Source: Bacteroidota bacterium
GTDB lineage: Bacteria > Bacteroidota > Bacteroidia > Chitinophagales > CAMDFR01
Reading direction: 5' to 3'
Assembly (NCBI GenBank): GCA_037130135.1
Contig: JBAXTO010000003.1
Coordinates: 36,090 to 100,089, forward strand
DNA length: 64,000 nucleotides
How positions within the stretch are numbered: position 1 is the first letter of the stretch; the number at the start of each line of letters is the position of its first letter. This document shows, in pieces, positions 34,898 through 44,685 of the stretch. The translations under genes were made by a program, and so were the position numbers. The notes below the pieces were generated by a model that saw only the letters and a list, made by a program, of their open reading frames with translations, did not search any database and had not been told where the DNA came from.

Positions 34898-36139
34898 CTA
34901 TGCTAAACCCTGTTCTAAATCGCTGATAATATCACCTATATACTCCAATCCTACCGACAAGCGAATCAAGCCATCGCCAATTCCAAATTGCTCGCGTTGT
35001 GCTTTTGGTACATTGAAATGCGTCATACTCGCTGGATGCTGAATCAGCGTATCTGCCGTGCCTAAAGAGGCTGTCAAAGTACATAATTGCACGCGATTCA
35101 TCAATTTTATACCTGCTTCTAATTCTCCTTTTAATTCAAATGAAATCACTCCTCCAAACTCGCGCATTTGTTTTAACGCAATCGCATGTTGTGGATGTGT
35201 TTCAAAGCCTAAATAATTTACTTTACTCACGGCTGCATGTGACTCTAAATACATCGCCACCAATCGCGCATTTTCCACATGTCGGTCCATACGCAAACTC
35301 AAGGTCTTTAATCCCTGATTCAATAACCACGCATCAAAGGGCGCTAACATCGCACCTTGCAATTTTCGTTGCTTCCACACTTGTTGTTTCATAAAATCTA
35401 TATCTCTTCCCACTAAAAATCCTCCTAAGGCAGTTCCATGTCCATTCAAAAACTTGGTAGTAGAATGCACAATTAAATCTACTCCCTGTGCAAATGGTTG
35501 TTGTAAATAGGGCGTTGCAAAGGTATTATCTACAGCCATCAACGCATTGTGTTGATGTGCAATAGCAGCTATCGCTTCTAAATCATAGGCATTAATAGTA
35601 GGATTAGAAGGCGTTTCGGCATAAATCAATTTCAATGTTTTAGTGTTAGATGCTAATTCACGCAATGCCTCTAAGTTATCTAAATCGGTATAAACTATTT
35701 GCACTCCTCGCTCTTGAATAATGGTATTTAATAATTCTATGGTGGTGCCATAAATATTTCCTTGTGCTATAATGGTATCGCCTGTTTTCAAGACACTATT
35801 AAATAGTGCCGCAATAGCAGCCATCCCCGTACTAAATAAATAACCTTTTGCTTCTATATTTTCAATACCATAACATTCTAATTGAGTGAGTTTATTTTCA
35901 ACTAATTCTACATTTGGATGATTCCATCTGCCATAAATAAAAGCTTCTTCATTTCCTCGAAATACATCCATTGCTTTTTCGGCACTTTCATAAATAAAAG
36001 TAGAACTGGCAAATATAGGAGTAGTGTGCGATGTAGGAGCATATACACTATCGTCTTTGATACAAATGGTATCGAATCCTTTTTTAAATTTATCATTCAT
36101 ATAGAAAATACTAATTTTGTTTATTATACATTCAATCAA
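34898..36139 (-). CDS. Cys/Met-metabolism PLP-dependent enzyme (trans-sulfuration family: cystathionine gamma-synthase / gamma-lyase / O-acetylhomoserine sulfhydrylase-like)
   Basis: PLP-lysine motif HSTTKFLNGHG, PASMTH near the C-terminus and YGRWNHPN. The true start is probably the internal ATG at 36100 (MNDKFKKGFDT...). Confidence 0.8.
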   Translation of the reverse strand: MIECIINKISIFYMNDKFKKGFDTICIKDDSVYAPTSHTTPIFASSTFIYESAEKAMDVFRGNEEAFIYGRWNHPNVELVENKLTQLECYGIENIEAKGYLFSTGMAAIAALFNSVLKTGDTIIAQGNIYGTTIELLNTIIQERGVQIVYTDLDNLEALRELASNTKTLKLIYAETPSNPTINAYDLEAIAAIAHQHNALMAVDNTFATPYLQQPFAQGVDLIVHSTTKFLNGHGTALGGFLVGRDIDFMKQQVWKQRKLQGAMLAPFDAWLLNQGLKTLSLRMDRHVENARLVAMYLESHAAVSKVNYLGFETHPQHAIALKQMREFGGVISFELKGELEAGIKLMNRVQLCTLTASLGTADTLIQHPASMTHFNVPKAQREQFGIGDGLIRLSVGLEYIGDIISDLEQGLA

Positions 36140-36144
36140 ATATC

Positions 36145-36660
36145 ATGAAAGAATATCTAGTAAAATTAGCGCATTATAATCTTTGGGCAAATCAAAATAT
36201 ATTGACGATGATTCCCGATGATGAAAAACTTTTTAATCATATAGTGAAAAGTAGCTTCCCTTCTATCAAAAGTACCTTATTGCATATTTGGGATGCACAA
36301 GATATTTGGCTCACGCGATTAAAAGATGAAGTAATCACCGATTTCCCTAGCAAAAATTTCAAAGGAAATGCGCAGGATATACGTAAAGGATTGATTGCCT
36401 CTTCAGAAGAATTTTATTTATTTCTCGACAAACAACTTCCTACCTACGATACCAAAATTAGCTCTTATAAAACAATTGCAGGTGTTGTACAAAGTTCTAC
36501 TACAACAGAGATTGTGTCACATTGCATGAATCATAGTACATTTCACCGCGGACAAATCATTACTATTTTAAGAGAATTAGATTGCACCGATTTCATTGCA
36601 ACCGATATGATTGCTTATTACAGACATATCAGTCAAGTGAAAAAAGATATTTTAGATTAA
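36145..36660 (+). CDS. DinB family (DinB/YfiT-like four-helix bundle) protein
   Basis: LAHYNLWANQNIL start, with conserved His residues in LLHIWDAQ and HCMNHSTFHRGQ. Confidence 0.7.
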   Translation: MKEYLVKLAHYNLWANQNILTMIPDDEKLFNHIVKSSFPSIKSTLLHIWDAQDIWLTRLKDEVITDFPSKNFKGNAQDIRKGLIASSEEFYLFLDKQLPTYDTKISSYKTIAGVVQSSTTTEIVSHCMNHSTFHRGQIITILRELDCTDFIATDMIAYYRHISQVKKDILD

Positions 36661-36667
36661 CTTTATT

Positions 36668-36756
36668 AAGTTTAAAGCTCTAAGTTTTAAGATTTAAGTT
36701 TAATGAATTCGTAATTCTTAATTCGTAATTCGTAATTGTTAATTCGTAATTAATTC
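36668..36756. repeat. Mosaic intergenic repeat: AAGTTTA-type units followed by an AATTCGT/AATTCTT 7-nt-period array
   Basis: AAGTTTAAAGCTCTAAGTTTTAAGATTTAAGTTTAATG, then GAATTCGTAATTCTTAATTCGTAATTCGTAATTGTTAATTCGTAATTAATTC. Confidence 0.85.
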
Positions 36757-36760
36757 TTCT

Positions 36761-36768
36761 TACCTTTG
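36761..36768 (+). promoter_or_regulatory. -7 promoter box (TACCTTTG) for the CCA-adding enzyme gene
   Basis: Matches TAnnTTTG, 16 nt upstream of the TTG start at 36785. Confidence 0.5.
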
Positions 36769-36784
36769 TAAAAAATAGCATTCA

Positions 36785-38212
36785 TTGTCAAATACGATAC
36801 CATTAGACCATCCCATATTTCCTTATATCACACAAGCAGCAAGTGAGCTGGGTGTTGATACTTACGTAGTGGGTGGCTATGTGCGCGACTTATTAATGCA
36901 TGGTCCAACTAAGAAAGATATTGATTTTGTTTGTATAGGAAGTGGTATTGAATTGGCTGAAAAAACCGCTGCGTTAATTGATCCCAAACTTAAAGTACAT
37001 ACCTTTAAAAATTATGGTACTGCAATGTTTCATGTGTTCGATACTGATATCGAATTTGTAGGTGCTCGCAAAGAATCCTATCAACGTGAATCGCGAAATC
37101 CTATCGTAGAAAATGGTACTTTAGAAGATGATCAAAACAGAAGAGATTTTACTATAAATGCACTGGCAATCTCTGTAAACAAAGATAATTTTGGTACTTT
37201 AATAGATCCATTTGATGGTATTGCCGATATTGAAAAAGGAATCATACGAACTCCTCAAGACGCTACTATTACTTTTAGTGATGATCCATTGCGTATGTTG
37301 CGTGCCATTCGTTTTGCAACGGTATTACAATTTAGCATTGAACAAAAAACACTAGAAGCGATACATACAAATAAAGAACGAATTAAAATTATTTCGCAAG
37401 AACGAATCACAGAAGAATTAAATAAAATTATCTTATCTAAAAATCCATCGATCGGTTTTAATTTACTTTTTGATACTGGATTATTAGCGATTATATTCCC
37501 TGAAATGCAGGCATTACATGGCACCGAAACAATTAATGAGTTATCTCATAAAGATAATTTTTATCATACCTTGAAAGTACTAGACAATGTATGTGAGATG
37601 AGTGATAATTTATGGTTACGTTGGAGTGCTATTTTACATGATATTGCAAAACCTCCAACAAAGCGATTTGATCCTCGACATGGTTGGACATTTCACGGAC
37701 ATGAATTTTTAGGTTCGAAGTGGGTACCGGGTATTTTCAAACGAATGAAATTGCCTTTAGATGCGCCAATGCGTTATGTTCAAAAACTAGTTTTATTACA
37801 TCTACGTCCTATATCATTGACGAAAGAAAATATTACTGATGCGGCAATACGTCGCTTATTATTTGAAGCAGCCGATGATATAGATGATTTAATGATTTTA
37901 TGTAGAGCAGATATCACTTCTAAAAACAAAATGAAAGTGAAACGATATTTAGAAAATTTTGATATCGTTGAAAAGAAAATTGTAGAAATAGAAGCGAAAG
38001 ATCATATTCGAAATTTTCAACCCCCTATCAGTGGTGAGCTCATCATGGAAACCTTTGGAATCAAGCCATCTAAACCAATTGGTGAAATCAAAAATTACAT
38101 TAAAGATGCCATTTTAGATGGTATTATTAATAATGATTTTGAGCAAGCGTATCAATTAATGTTAGAAAAAGGGGAAAGTTTAGGATTAATACAAGTGCAT
38201 GGAAACAGCTAA
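36785..38212 (+). CDS. cca: tRNA nucleotidyltransferase (CCA-adding enzyme / poly(A) polymerase family) with an HD domain
   Basis: GGYVRDLLM...KDIDF nucleotidyltransferase head, RRDFTINA, and an HD motif (ILHDIAKP). It apparently uses a TTG start. Confidence 0.75.
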   Translation: MSNTIPLDHPIFPYITQAASELGVDTYVVGGYVRDLLMHGPTKKDIDFVCIGSGIELAEKTAALIDPKLKVHTFKNYGTAMFHVFDTDIEFVGARKESYQRESRNPIVENGTLEDDQNRRDFTINALAISVNKDNFGTLIDPFDGIADIEKGIIRTPQDATITFSDDPLRMLRAIRFATVLQFSIEQKTLEAIHTNKERIKIISQERITEELNKIILSKNPSIGFNLLFDTGLLAIIFPEMQALHGTETINELSHKDNFYHTLKVLDNVCEMSDNLWLRWSAILHDIAKPPTKRFDPRHGWTFHGHEFLGSKWVPGIFKRMKLPLDAPMRYVQKLVLLHLRPISLTKENITDAAIRRLLFEAADDIDDLMILCRADITSKNKMKVKRYLENFDIVEKKIVEIEAKDHIRNFQPPISGELIMETFGIKPSKPIGEIKNYIKDAILDGIINNDFEQAYQLMLEKGESLGLIQVHGNS

Positions 38213-39083
38213 ACTTATAGTAATAGCAGGTGCTACAGCCAGTGGCAAAACATCTCTTGCGATTGCATTAGCACAACATTTACAAACTGAAATTATTAGT
38301 TGTGATGCACGACAATTTTACAAAGAATTAGAAATTGGAGTAGCTAAACCTAGTGCAGCACAACTTGCTATGGTACCGCATCATTTCATCGGACATAAAT
38401 CAATTCAAGAAAATTATAGTATTGCTGATTTTGAAAAAGAAGCTTTAGCGTTAAGTGCATCATTATTTAAAAAACATCAAACGATCATCCTTTGTGGAGG
38501 CAGTGGTTTATATATAGATGCCTTATGCAATGGGATAGATGAAATGCCTGCTATTAGCGAAGAGATTAAGCAGCAAGTAGCAATATTAAATCAAAGTGAA
38601 CGAATATCTATTATCCAAGACAAAGACCCTGAATATTATGCTGAATTAGATATTCAAAACATACGTAGGGTTCAACGTGCCTGTGAAGTCATTCTGCAAA
38701 GTGGTGAAAGTTTTTCTTCTTTTAGAACAGGACATAAAAAAAATCGTCCTTTTACGATTTATAAATTTGCGATAGATATTGAACGCGAGGCATTATATCA
38801 ACAGATTAATCATCGAGTGGATGCCATGATTGAAGCAGGATTAGAAGCAGAAGCGAAAACATTATTTCCCTTATTGCCTAATAAAAACCTTGACACCATA
38901 GGTTATAGAGAGTTTTTCGATTCTTTTAATGGATTGCAAAGCAGAGAACAAGCCATCGATAAAATAAAGCAGCATACTCGTAATTATGCTAAACGACAAA
39001 TGACCTGGTTTAGAAAAGATAAAAGCATTCAATGGGTTAAGTCTGAAAATATTGAAGTAATTTTGCAGGCTATTCAAAATTAG
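38199..39083 (+). CDS. miaA: tRNA dimethylallyltransferase MiaA
   Basis: P-loop GATASGKTSLA, SCDARQFYKELEIG, GGSGLY, YAKRQMTWFR. Confidence 0.9.
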   Translation: METAKLIVIAGATASGKTSLAIALAQHLQTEIISCDARQFYKELEIGVAKPSAAQLAMVPHHFIGHKSIQENYSIADFEKEALALSASLFKKHQTIILCGGSGLYIDALCNGIDEMPAISEEIKQQVAILNQSERISIIQDKDPEYYAELDIQNIRRVQRACEVILQSGESFSSFRTGHKKNRPFTIYKFAIDIEREALYQQINHRVDAMIEAGLEAEAKTLFPLLPNKNLDTIGYREFFDSFNGLQSREQAIDKIKQHTRNYAKRQMTWFRKDKSIQWVKSENIEVILQAIQN

Positions 39084-40321
39084 TGAAAGAGATAATTCAA
39101 GCATATAAACGTGTAGATAGTAATATTTACAAAATCATTTGGGCACAGTTTTTCTTCCAATTGATGAATGCATCCTTTAGTTTATTGCGCAATTATTTTA
39201 TGCTTTCTAAAGGCTATAAAGATTTTGAAATTGCCAATTTTACGTCCTATAATTATATTGCTATTACACTGATTGCATTCCCCTTAGGCTTATATATCAA
39301 AGGAAAAAAATTACGAAGTTGGTTTATTACAGCCATGTGTTTTTTACCTGTAATAGCATTTTTAGAAATCTATTCTATCGATCATCGACTTAATGGACTT
39401 ATCACTTTATCCATGTTTTGTTGGGGTATAGCCTTTGCTTGTTTATCTGCTACCGTTACTCCCTACTTATTATTAAATAGTAAAACAGAAACTCATACAG
39501 AAGTGATGGCACTTACTTTTCAAACCTTTACTTTCTCTATGATTATTGTAGGCATCACGCATTATTTAATTAAGTTTATGGTACCTGTTTTCGCTGTAGA
39601 TAGAAATTTTTTATATGCGGTATCTTTTATTTCTGCATTTGGATTAATTTTTTTATTTAGAATTAATAATAAAGAAATCACCTCCGAACGAGTACCTCTT
39701 AGTAAAGCCTATAAGACTTATGATTGGCAGCGAATATTTGCAACTCTTATACCTACTACTATCATTGCTATTGGAGCTGGGTTAACGATTCAATTCATCA
39801 ATTTATTTTTTGAAAATGTGCATGGAGTGCAATCGAGCACCTTTGCAGTGATGGGTGCCAGCACTTATATTTTAGTTGCATTAGGTACGTTTATTATTCC
39901 AACTGTAAAAAGAAATTTCGGCTATAAAGTAGCGATTACTTGGGTGCAAGTGGCTGCTATAATAATACTGGCTGGATTAGCCACAACCGAGTGGTATAAA
40001 GAACATTGGTATGCTGTTTACATCGCTATCTTCCTATTCATCATTCGTCAACCGCTTATGAATGTAGCTGCACCAATGACATCTGAATTGACGATGAATT
40101 ATGTAGGAGAAAAAAATCGCGAATTAGTAAGTTCCTTAACAGCTTCTATCTGGAGTGGCTCTTGGTTTTTCTCGGCTAAAATATTTGAATTATTAAGAAG
40201 CTTAGATATTGGCTATAGTTATATTCTTTTGATAACTGCTTTCATGTATAGCATTGGCGTTTATGGGTATAATGTTTTGATAAAAAAATATTATGCGCAA
40301 ATGAATAAATTAGCAGATTAG
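39083..40321 (+). CDS. MFS-type transporter
   Basis: 412 aa with about 12 TM helices. GTG start overlaps the miaA stop. No specific substrate motif. Confidence 0.55.
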   Translation: MKEIIQAYKRVDSNIYKIIWAQFFFQLMNASFSLLRNYFMLSKGYKDFEIANFTSYNYIAITLIAFPLGLYIKGKKLRSWFITAMCFLPVIAFLEIYSIDHRLNGLITLSMFCWGIAFACLSATVTPYLLLNSKTETHTEVMALTFQTFTFSMIIVGITHYLIKFMVPVFAVDRNFLYAVSFISAFGLIFLFRINNKEITSERVPLSKAYKTYDWQRIFATLIPTTIIAIGAGLTIQFINLFFENVHGVQSSTFAVMGASTYILVALGTFIIPTVKRNFGYKVAITWVQVAAIIILAGLATTEWYKEHWYAVYIAIFLFIIRQPLMNVAAPMTSELTMNYVGEKNRELVSSLTASIWSGSWFFSAKIFELLRSLDIGYSYILLITAFMYSIGVYGYNVLIKKYYAQMNKLAD

Positions 40322-40403
40322 CAAATTTGTTAATTAGCCGATTTGTTGATTAACAATTCAAAAGCTCTTGTTAGATCAAATAATTGTTATCGACTCAGTA
40401 ATT

Positions 40404-40425
40404 ATCTGCCGACAGGTTTTAAACC
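40404..40425. repeat. Degenerate reverse-orientation copy of the CCTGTCGGCAGA hairpin module
   Basis: ATCTGCCGACAGGTTTTAAACC is the reverse complement of GGTTTAAAACCTGTCGGCAGAT. It shares CCTGTCGGCAGAT with the module near 52205. Confidence 0.5.
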
Positions 40426-40522
40426 TTATATGTTAAAAGAATTGCTTCTAATTCACTTAGTATAATGGCTGTTGCTCCCCATACAATTCGATCTTCTAAA
40501 GCATAAGCAGGTACATCCTTGA

Positions 40523-41170
40523 TCAATCCTTTTGAGGAACTAATATCTGTGATAATTTTTTTTCTGTTTGTAAAATATGATGTAATGGAACTTCTAATAC
40601 TTCCTTTACTTCATATGGATCGGGTTGAAATGCAGAAATAGAAGGCACATAAAAAACATAAGGAGAGACTAAAAAATGACTAGGTGGAATATAAATTGGG
40701 GTAAGTGCTAAACATACATTTGAAGAATCTAATCCAATTCCGACTTCTTCATATGTTTCGCGAATAGCCGTTTCTAAAATAGATTCGGAGGTTTCTTGTT
40801 TCCCTCCTGGGAAACTCACTTGTCCACTATGAGTCCCTTCATATTCATGTCGTTGAGTGAGTATAAAATGTAAATTTTCCTCTTTTTCATACAATACAAT
40901 GGCCACCGCTCCTCGTTTAGGATTCAGTTCTAGTATCTTTTCGAGTTGTAATTCGCCTCGATAGCTAGGTGACATTTTCTTCTGTGCCTCCCATCCTGGA
41001 AGGGAAACCGCAGATTCCTGTCTCAACTTTTCTATAATATTATTCCCTATCAACCTGTATAAATATTGTACGAAATTATAAATAACATTAGTTTTGCACT
41101 CTATTTTTTTAAAAAAAGAGTAGGAATGATGATTAATAAGTAGTTTCACTAAATAAAAGTGAACCCACAT
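40523..41170 (-). CDS. NUDIX hydrolase (CoA pyrophosphatase NudL-like)
   Basis: Nudix box GGKQETSESILETAIRETYEEVGI. The track start at 41170 overlaps the divergent gene. A more likely start is the TTG at 41053 (LIGNNIIEKLRQ...) or the ATG at 40975. Confidence 0.75.
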   Translation of the reverse strand: MWVHFYLVKLLINHHSYSFFKKIECKTNVIYNFVQYLYRLIGNNIIEKLRQESAVSLPGWEAQKKMSPSYRGELQLEKILELNPKRGAVAIVLYEKEENLHFILTQRHEYEGTHSGQVSFPGGKQETSESILETAIRETYEEVGIGLDSSNVCLALTPIYIPPSHFLVSPYVFYVPSISAFQPDPYEVKEVLEVPLHHILQTEKKLSQILVPQKD

Positions 41171-42202
41171 AGCGAAGAAAATAAAAATATAATGATGAAA
41201 GATAGGTTTGTAACTTGGAGTAGTAGTAAAGAAAAAAAGAGAAAATTATTAGCATTACAGTTAGATAAGTCGGCTTTTAAAGTAGATATTTATGTATTTG
41301 AAGAAGCTGATATCGATAAAGAATTTGCAGAGAAACTGGAAAAAGAATGGGCCAAAGGGAAAGATTTAGCATTTCCTGAAACACACACTAAAATTGTACG
41401 TCCTTTAAGTGAGGATTCATTATTACCAGATGATATCAAAGTGGATGAAACTGGCAAGATTAGAAATCTTCAAAATGAATGGGCTTACTTATTATTGACA
41501 GAAAAATTAGTAGAATCGATAGTAGATGAATTATCCGATATTAAAGAAAAGGTAAATACATTTACTGCCTATAGCAAAGACGCTTTTGAACAAACTAAAT
41601 CGTTATGGGAAAGAATTTTAGAGCATAGAAGAGAAAAAAATATTGGTCAAGATAAAGTAGATGAACTAAAAGAAGAAGTAAATAGCGTTTTTGAAAAATT
41701 AAAAAGTTTACGTGCCGAAGAAAATAAAAAATTTGGTGAACAAGCGGAAACGATCTATACAGAGCTTAAATCAAACATTGAACAAACTATTCAATCGATA
41801 CAAAATAATGGCTCAGCAAAAGAGTTGTTTGAAAAATTAAAAGAACACCGTAATAATGTAATCAAACTTACTTTACGTAAACCTAGTAGAGAAGAATTAC
41901 ATAAATATTTAGATGAGGCATTTGATTTATTAAAAAACAGAAGATCCGACCGTGAAAATAAACATAATGAAAAACGAATTTATGATTTAACAGAAATCAT
42001 TCAAAAGCTAGAGAAATCACAAGACTATGATAAGAAAGATTTAGATTATCAAATCAAAAAAAGAAATGATAAAAATGTAAATCAATTAGAATCGAAACTT
42101 CGTGAAGCAAAAATCACTATGCTTGAAGAAAAAATTGCTAGCAAAGAAGAAAAATTAGCTGATGTGCGAAACACCTTAGCTAGCTTACAAGGAACTAAAT
42201 AA
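41159..42202 (+). CDS. Hypothetical Lys/Glu-rich coiled-coil protein
   Basis: Highly charged heptad-like sequence throughout. The likely true start is the ATG at 41192 (MMKDRFVTWSS...). Confidence 0.45.
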   Translation: MNPHSEENKNIMMKDRFVTWSSSKEKKRKLLALQLDKSAFKVDIYVFEEADIDKEFAEKLEKEWAKGKDLAFPETHTKIVRPLSEDSLLPDDIKVDETGKIRNLQNEWAYLLLTEKLVESIVDELSDIKEKVNTFTAYSKDAFEQTKSLWERILEHRREKNIGQDKVDELKEEVNSVFEKLKSLRAEENKKFGEQAETIYTELKSNIEQTIQSIQNNGSAKELFEKLKEHRNNVIKLTLRKPSREELHKYLDEAFDLLKNRRSDRENKHNEKRIYDLTEIIQKLEKSQDYDKKDLDYQIKKRNDKNVNQLESKLREAKITMLEEKIASKEEKLADVRNTLASLQGTK

Positions 42203-42211
42203 AAATCTCCC

Positions 42212-42568
42212 TTATTTATTTGCATCGGCCTGCATCTGGCTGAGCTTATCGATCACTTCTAAATATACTAAATCCATATCTTCTGGGTTTTGCATATAAA
42301 AATTATAGGTTTTCATAAACACTTCTTGATTTACTTTATGCGCCTGTAAAACCGTTTTAAAATTCATTTGATTGGTCATCACTAATGTATCTGCTTGATA
42401 GCCTTTATACTCGGTATAGGCATCTGAAATATGAATATCGCAGAGTACATCTATAAATTCTTGTTTGCTTAAAATATCTTTGGGACGAACTTTTTTATCC
42501 TTACAAGCTGTAAAGAAAATAGTAGTTACAAGAAGTACCAAAGCCATATAGTAGAATAGCGATTTCAC
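42212..42568 (-). CDS. Small lipoprotein, DUF4296-like
   Basis: Lipobox FFTAC. FIDVLCDIHISDAYTEY resembles the conserved DUF4296 helix, recalled from memory and not searched. Confidence 0.45.
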   Translation of the reverse strand: MKSLFYYMALVLLVTTIFFTACKDKKVRPKDILSKQEFIDVLCDIHISDAYTEYKGYQADTLVMTNQMNFKTVLQAHKVNQEVFMKTYNFYMQNPEDMDLVYLEVIDKLSQMQADANK

Positions 42569-42644
42569 CTAACAAAGGTAGTATGAAAATACCGCATGTG
42601 GTATAGGATGTATTATAAAATATTTATAACTTCGTAGAATCAAC

Positions 42645-42652
42645 TACATTTG
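42645..42652 (+). promoter_or_regulatory. -7 promoter box (TACATTTG) only 4 nt upstream of the yggS ATG
   Basis: Matches TAnnTTTG. The spacing predicts a transcription start at or next to the ATG at 42657, i.e. a candidate leaderless mRNA. Confidence 0.4.
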
Positions 42653-42656
42653 ATTT

Positions 42657-43316
42657 ATGAATATTGCTTTTTATAATGAATTAGCCCCTCAACTAAATAC
42701 CTATCATGCAACGCTAATTGCTGTTACTAAAAATCAACCCTTACCGGCTTTACAAGAATTATATGATTTTGGCTTACGTCGATTTGGAGAAAATAGAGTT
42801 CAAGAACTTTGTGAAAAGCAACAACAACTACCTGCTGATATTGAGTGGCATTTAATTGGGCATTTACAAAGCAATAAAGTGAAATACATTGCTCCTTTTA
42901 TTTCGTATATTCATAGTGTAGATAGTTTAAAATTACTCGAAGAAATAAACAAACACGCTGCTTCCAATCAACGAATTATTAAATGTATGTTACAGTGTTA
43001 TATCGCGAGTGAAGAAACAAAATATGGTTTAGATGAAGCAGAATTAATGGATCTTTTGAATGCCCCTAATTTAAAAACGTTTCAACATATTGAAATTGTG
43101 GGATTGATGGGAATGGCTACAAACACTAAAAATACAGCGCTAATTGCAAAGGAATTTAAACACTTAAAAAATATATTTGATCGTGTACAAAGTCAATTTT
43201 TTAATACTCAAAATTCATTTAAAGAAATATCAATGGGTATGAGTAGTGATTATGAGATAGCATTAGAATGTGGTAGCACCATGTTACGAATAGGCTCCAT
43301 GCTATTTACTCAGTAA
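42657..43316 (+). CDS. yggS: YggS family pyridoxal-phosphate homeostasis protein
   Basis: LIAVTKNQP (PLP lysine), FGENRVQE, HLIGHLQSNK, GMSSDYEIALECGSTMLRIGS. Confidence 0.88.
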   Translation: MNIAFYNELAPQLNTYHATLIAVTKNQPLPALQELYDFGLRRFGENRVQELCEKQQQLPADIEWHLIGHLQSNKVKYIAPFISYIHSVDSLKLLEEINKHAASNQRIIKCMLQCYIASEETKYGLDEAELMDLLNAPNLKTFQHIEIVGLMGMATNTKNTALIAKEFKHLKNIFDRVQSQFFNTQNSFKEISMGMSSDYEIALECGSTMLRIGSMLFTQ

Positions 43317-43323
43317 TATTTAT

Positions 43324-43331
43324 TATATTTG
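43324..43331 (+). promoter_or_regulatory. -7 promoter box (TATATTTG) for the 43351 gene
   Basis: Matches TAnnTTTG, 19 nt upstream of the ATG. Confidence 0.5.
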
Positions 43332-43350
43332 AAATCAAACCAATTATTAT

Positions 43351-44382
43351 ATGAAAAAACTTTTTACATTATGTAGTCTAATTTTAGGAATTGGACTCAT
43401 TCAAATGAGTTACGGACAATCAGTAAACTTTAAAGTATATGGTGGATATTCTTGGCCTGGTTTCTTCAAAACTAGTGGCATCAAAGGATTTCAACCAGGA
43501 AGTAATCCTGAACCAACTGCTGCAAGTATTGTAGATATGATGAATATTGTAGATACAGGCGTAACGAATAAATCATATCAAGCTATTAGAGGTTCTTATG
43601 GTAAAGGAGGTAATATAGGAATTAGTGTTGGTTATATGTTTAATAAATGGATTGGCGTAGAGATGAATATGGTTTATTTATTTGGTTCTAGCATTCAATC
43701 TACACAAGTATCAAATGCTTCAGCATTATTAGGACCAGGTGCGATTACACGTACCAAAACCAGTGCTAACGGATTAAGTTTATTGCCTGCTATTAATTTA
43801 GTGGCAGCAGTTGACAATTGGAAAGTATTGCCTTATGCACGTTTAGGCATATCTGTTCCGGTATATGGAAGCATTAAACATGTTATCGATATTGAAGCAC
43901 CAAAACCGAATTCAGCATTTTTTGCAACGGCTAAAAGTATTAAATCACATGTAGAAGTTAAAACTGATGCGACTATTTCTTTAGGATTTATTGGCGCTAT
44001 TGGAGCAACCTATCAAGTGCATAAAAACATTCGAATCTTTGCCGAAGTAAATGCACAAGTATTAGATGTGCGAGCTAAAAAAACTACGGTTGTAGCATAT
44101 TCTATCACACAAACAGATGTAAATGGCGTAGAATCTGATTACTTAACCTTAGATAATTTTCCTAATACCTATAGTAGAGAAGTTGTGTTTGTAGATGAGT
44201 TAACCGATAAATCTAATAATGCAAATTATAATACAACTTATAATAGCTCAGGCTACAACTATGATAAAGATAAACCAAAAGATGAGTTAAGACCTACTGC
44301 CCCATTTCATAATGTAGGATTAAGTGTTGGTTTAAACTTTATGATTAGTACAGCTAAAGTATCAAAAATAACAGTAAATTAA
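43351..44382 (+). CDS. Hypothetical secreted protein, probably an outer-membrane beta-barrel
   Basis: Signal peptide ending SYGQ. Alternating Gly/aromatic beta-strand-like segments. No specific motif. Confidence 0.4.
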   Translation: MKKLFTLCSLILGIGLIQMSYGQSVNFKVYGGYSWPGFFKTSGIKGFQPGSNPEPTAASIVDMMNIVDTGVTNKSYQAIRGSYGKGGNIGISVGYMFNKWIGVEMNMVYLFGSSIQSTQVSNASALLGPGAITRTKTSANGLSLLPAINLVAAVDNWKVLPYARLGISVPVYGSIKHVIDIEAPKPNSAFFATAKSIKSHVEVKTDATISLGFIGAIGATYQVHKNIRIFAEVNAQVLDVRAKKTTVVAYSITQTDVNGVESDYLTLDNFPNTYSREVVFVDELTDKSNNANYNTTYNSSGYNYDKDKPKDELRPTAPFHNVGLSVGLNFMISTAKVSKITVN

Positions 44383-44402
44383 ATTAGTTACCTATTCAAT
44401 AA

Positions 44403-44439
44403 AGCCTATAAATAATAATATTTATAGGCTATTTCATTT
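44403..44439 (+). terminator. Intrinsic terminator after the 43351 gene
   Basis: Perfect 12-bp stem AGCCTATAAATA / TATTTATAGGCT with a 4-nt loop and a weak ATTTCATTT tail. Confidence 0.55.
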
Positions 44440-44685
44440 AGTACAATACTAAGACTTATCACAGAAGAATGGATTAATGTTATTTATTAGATTCAAAACA
44501 CTAAGGATTTTATTAATATTCAGCAATTGATTTATCCTATTTATATAAATCGAAACACCTACACCGCCTCTTTAAATAATATTAAAACCGTCAAGGTAAT
44601 TAAGGCAACTCTATGGAACTAATAAGTATGCCATATAAATTTCTACACTAAAAAAGGATTGTAGCACAAATATCCGCAAAAGGGA

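Noticed and set aside
34247-36139. Integrative element or genomic island at the tRNA genes (tRNA-Leu, tRNA-Glu, tRNA-fMet)
   Set aside because: There is no integrase, excisionase or transposase ORF and no 3'-end tRNA direct repeats. The flanking genes are ordinary housekeeping genes.
40975-41192. Apparent 12-nt head-to-head overlap of the NUDIX gene (track start 41170) and the coiled-coil gene (track start 41159)
   Set aside because: This is most likely an artefact of taking the longest ORF. The NUDIX N-terminal 40-65 residues (MWVHFYLVKLLINHH...) look non-native. The coiled-coil gene has a better ATG at 41192. With the shorter starts the genes are divergent, separated by a normal 140-220 nt spacer.
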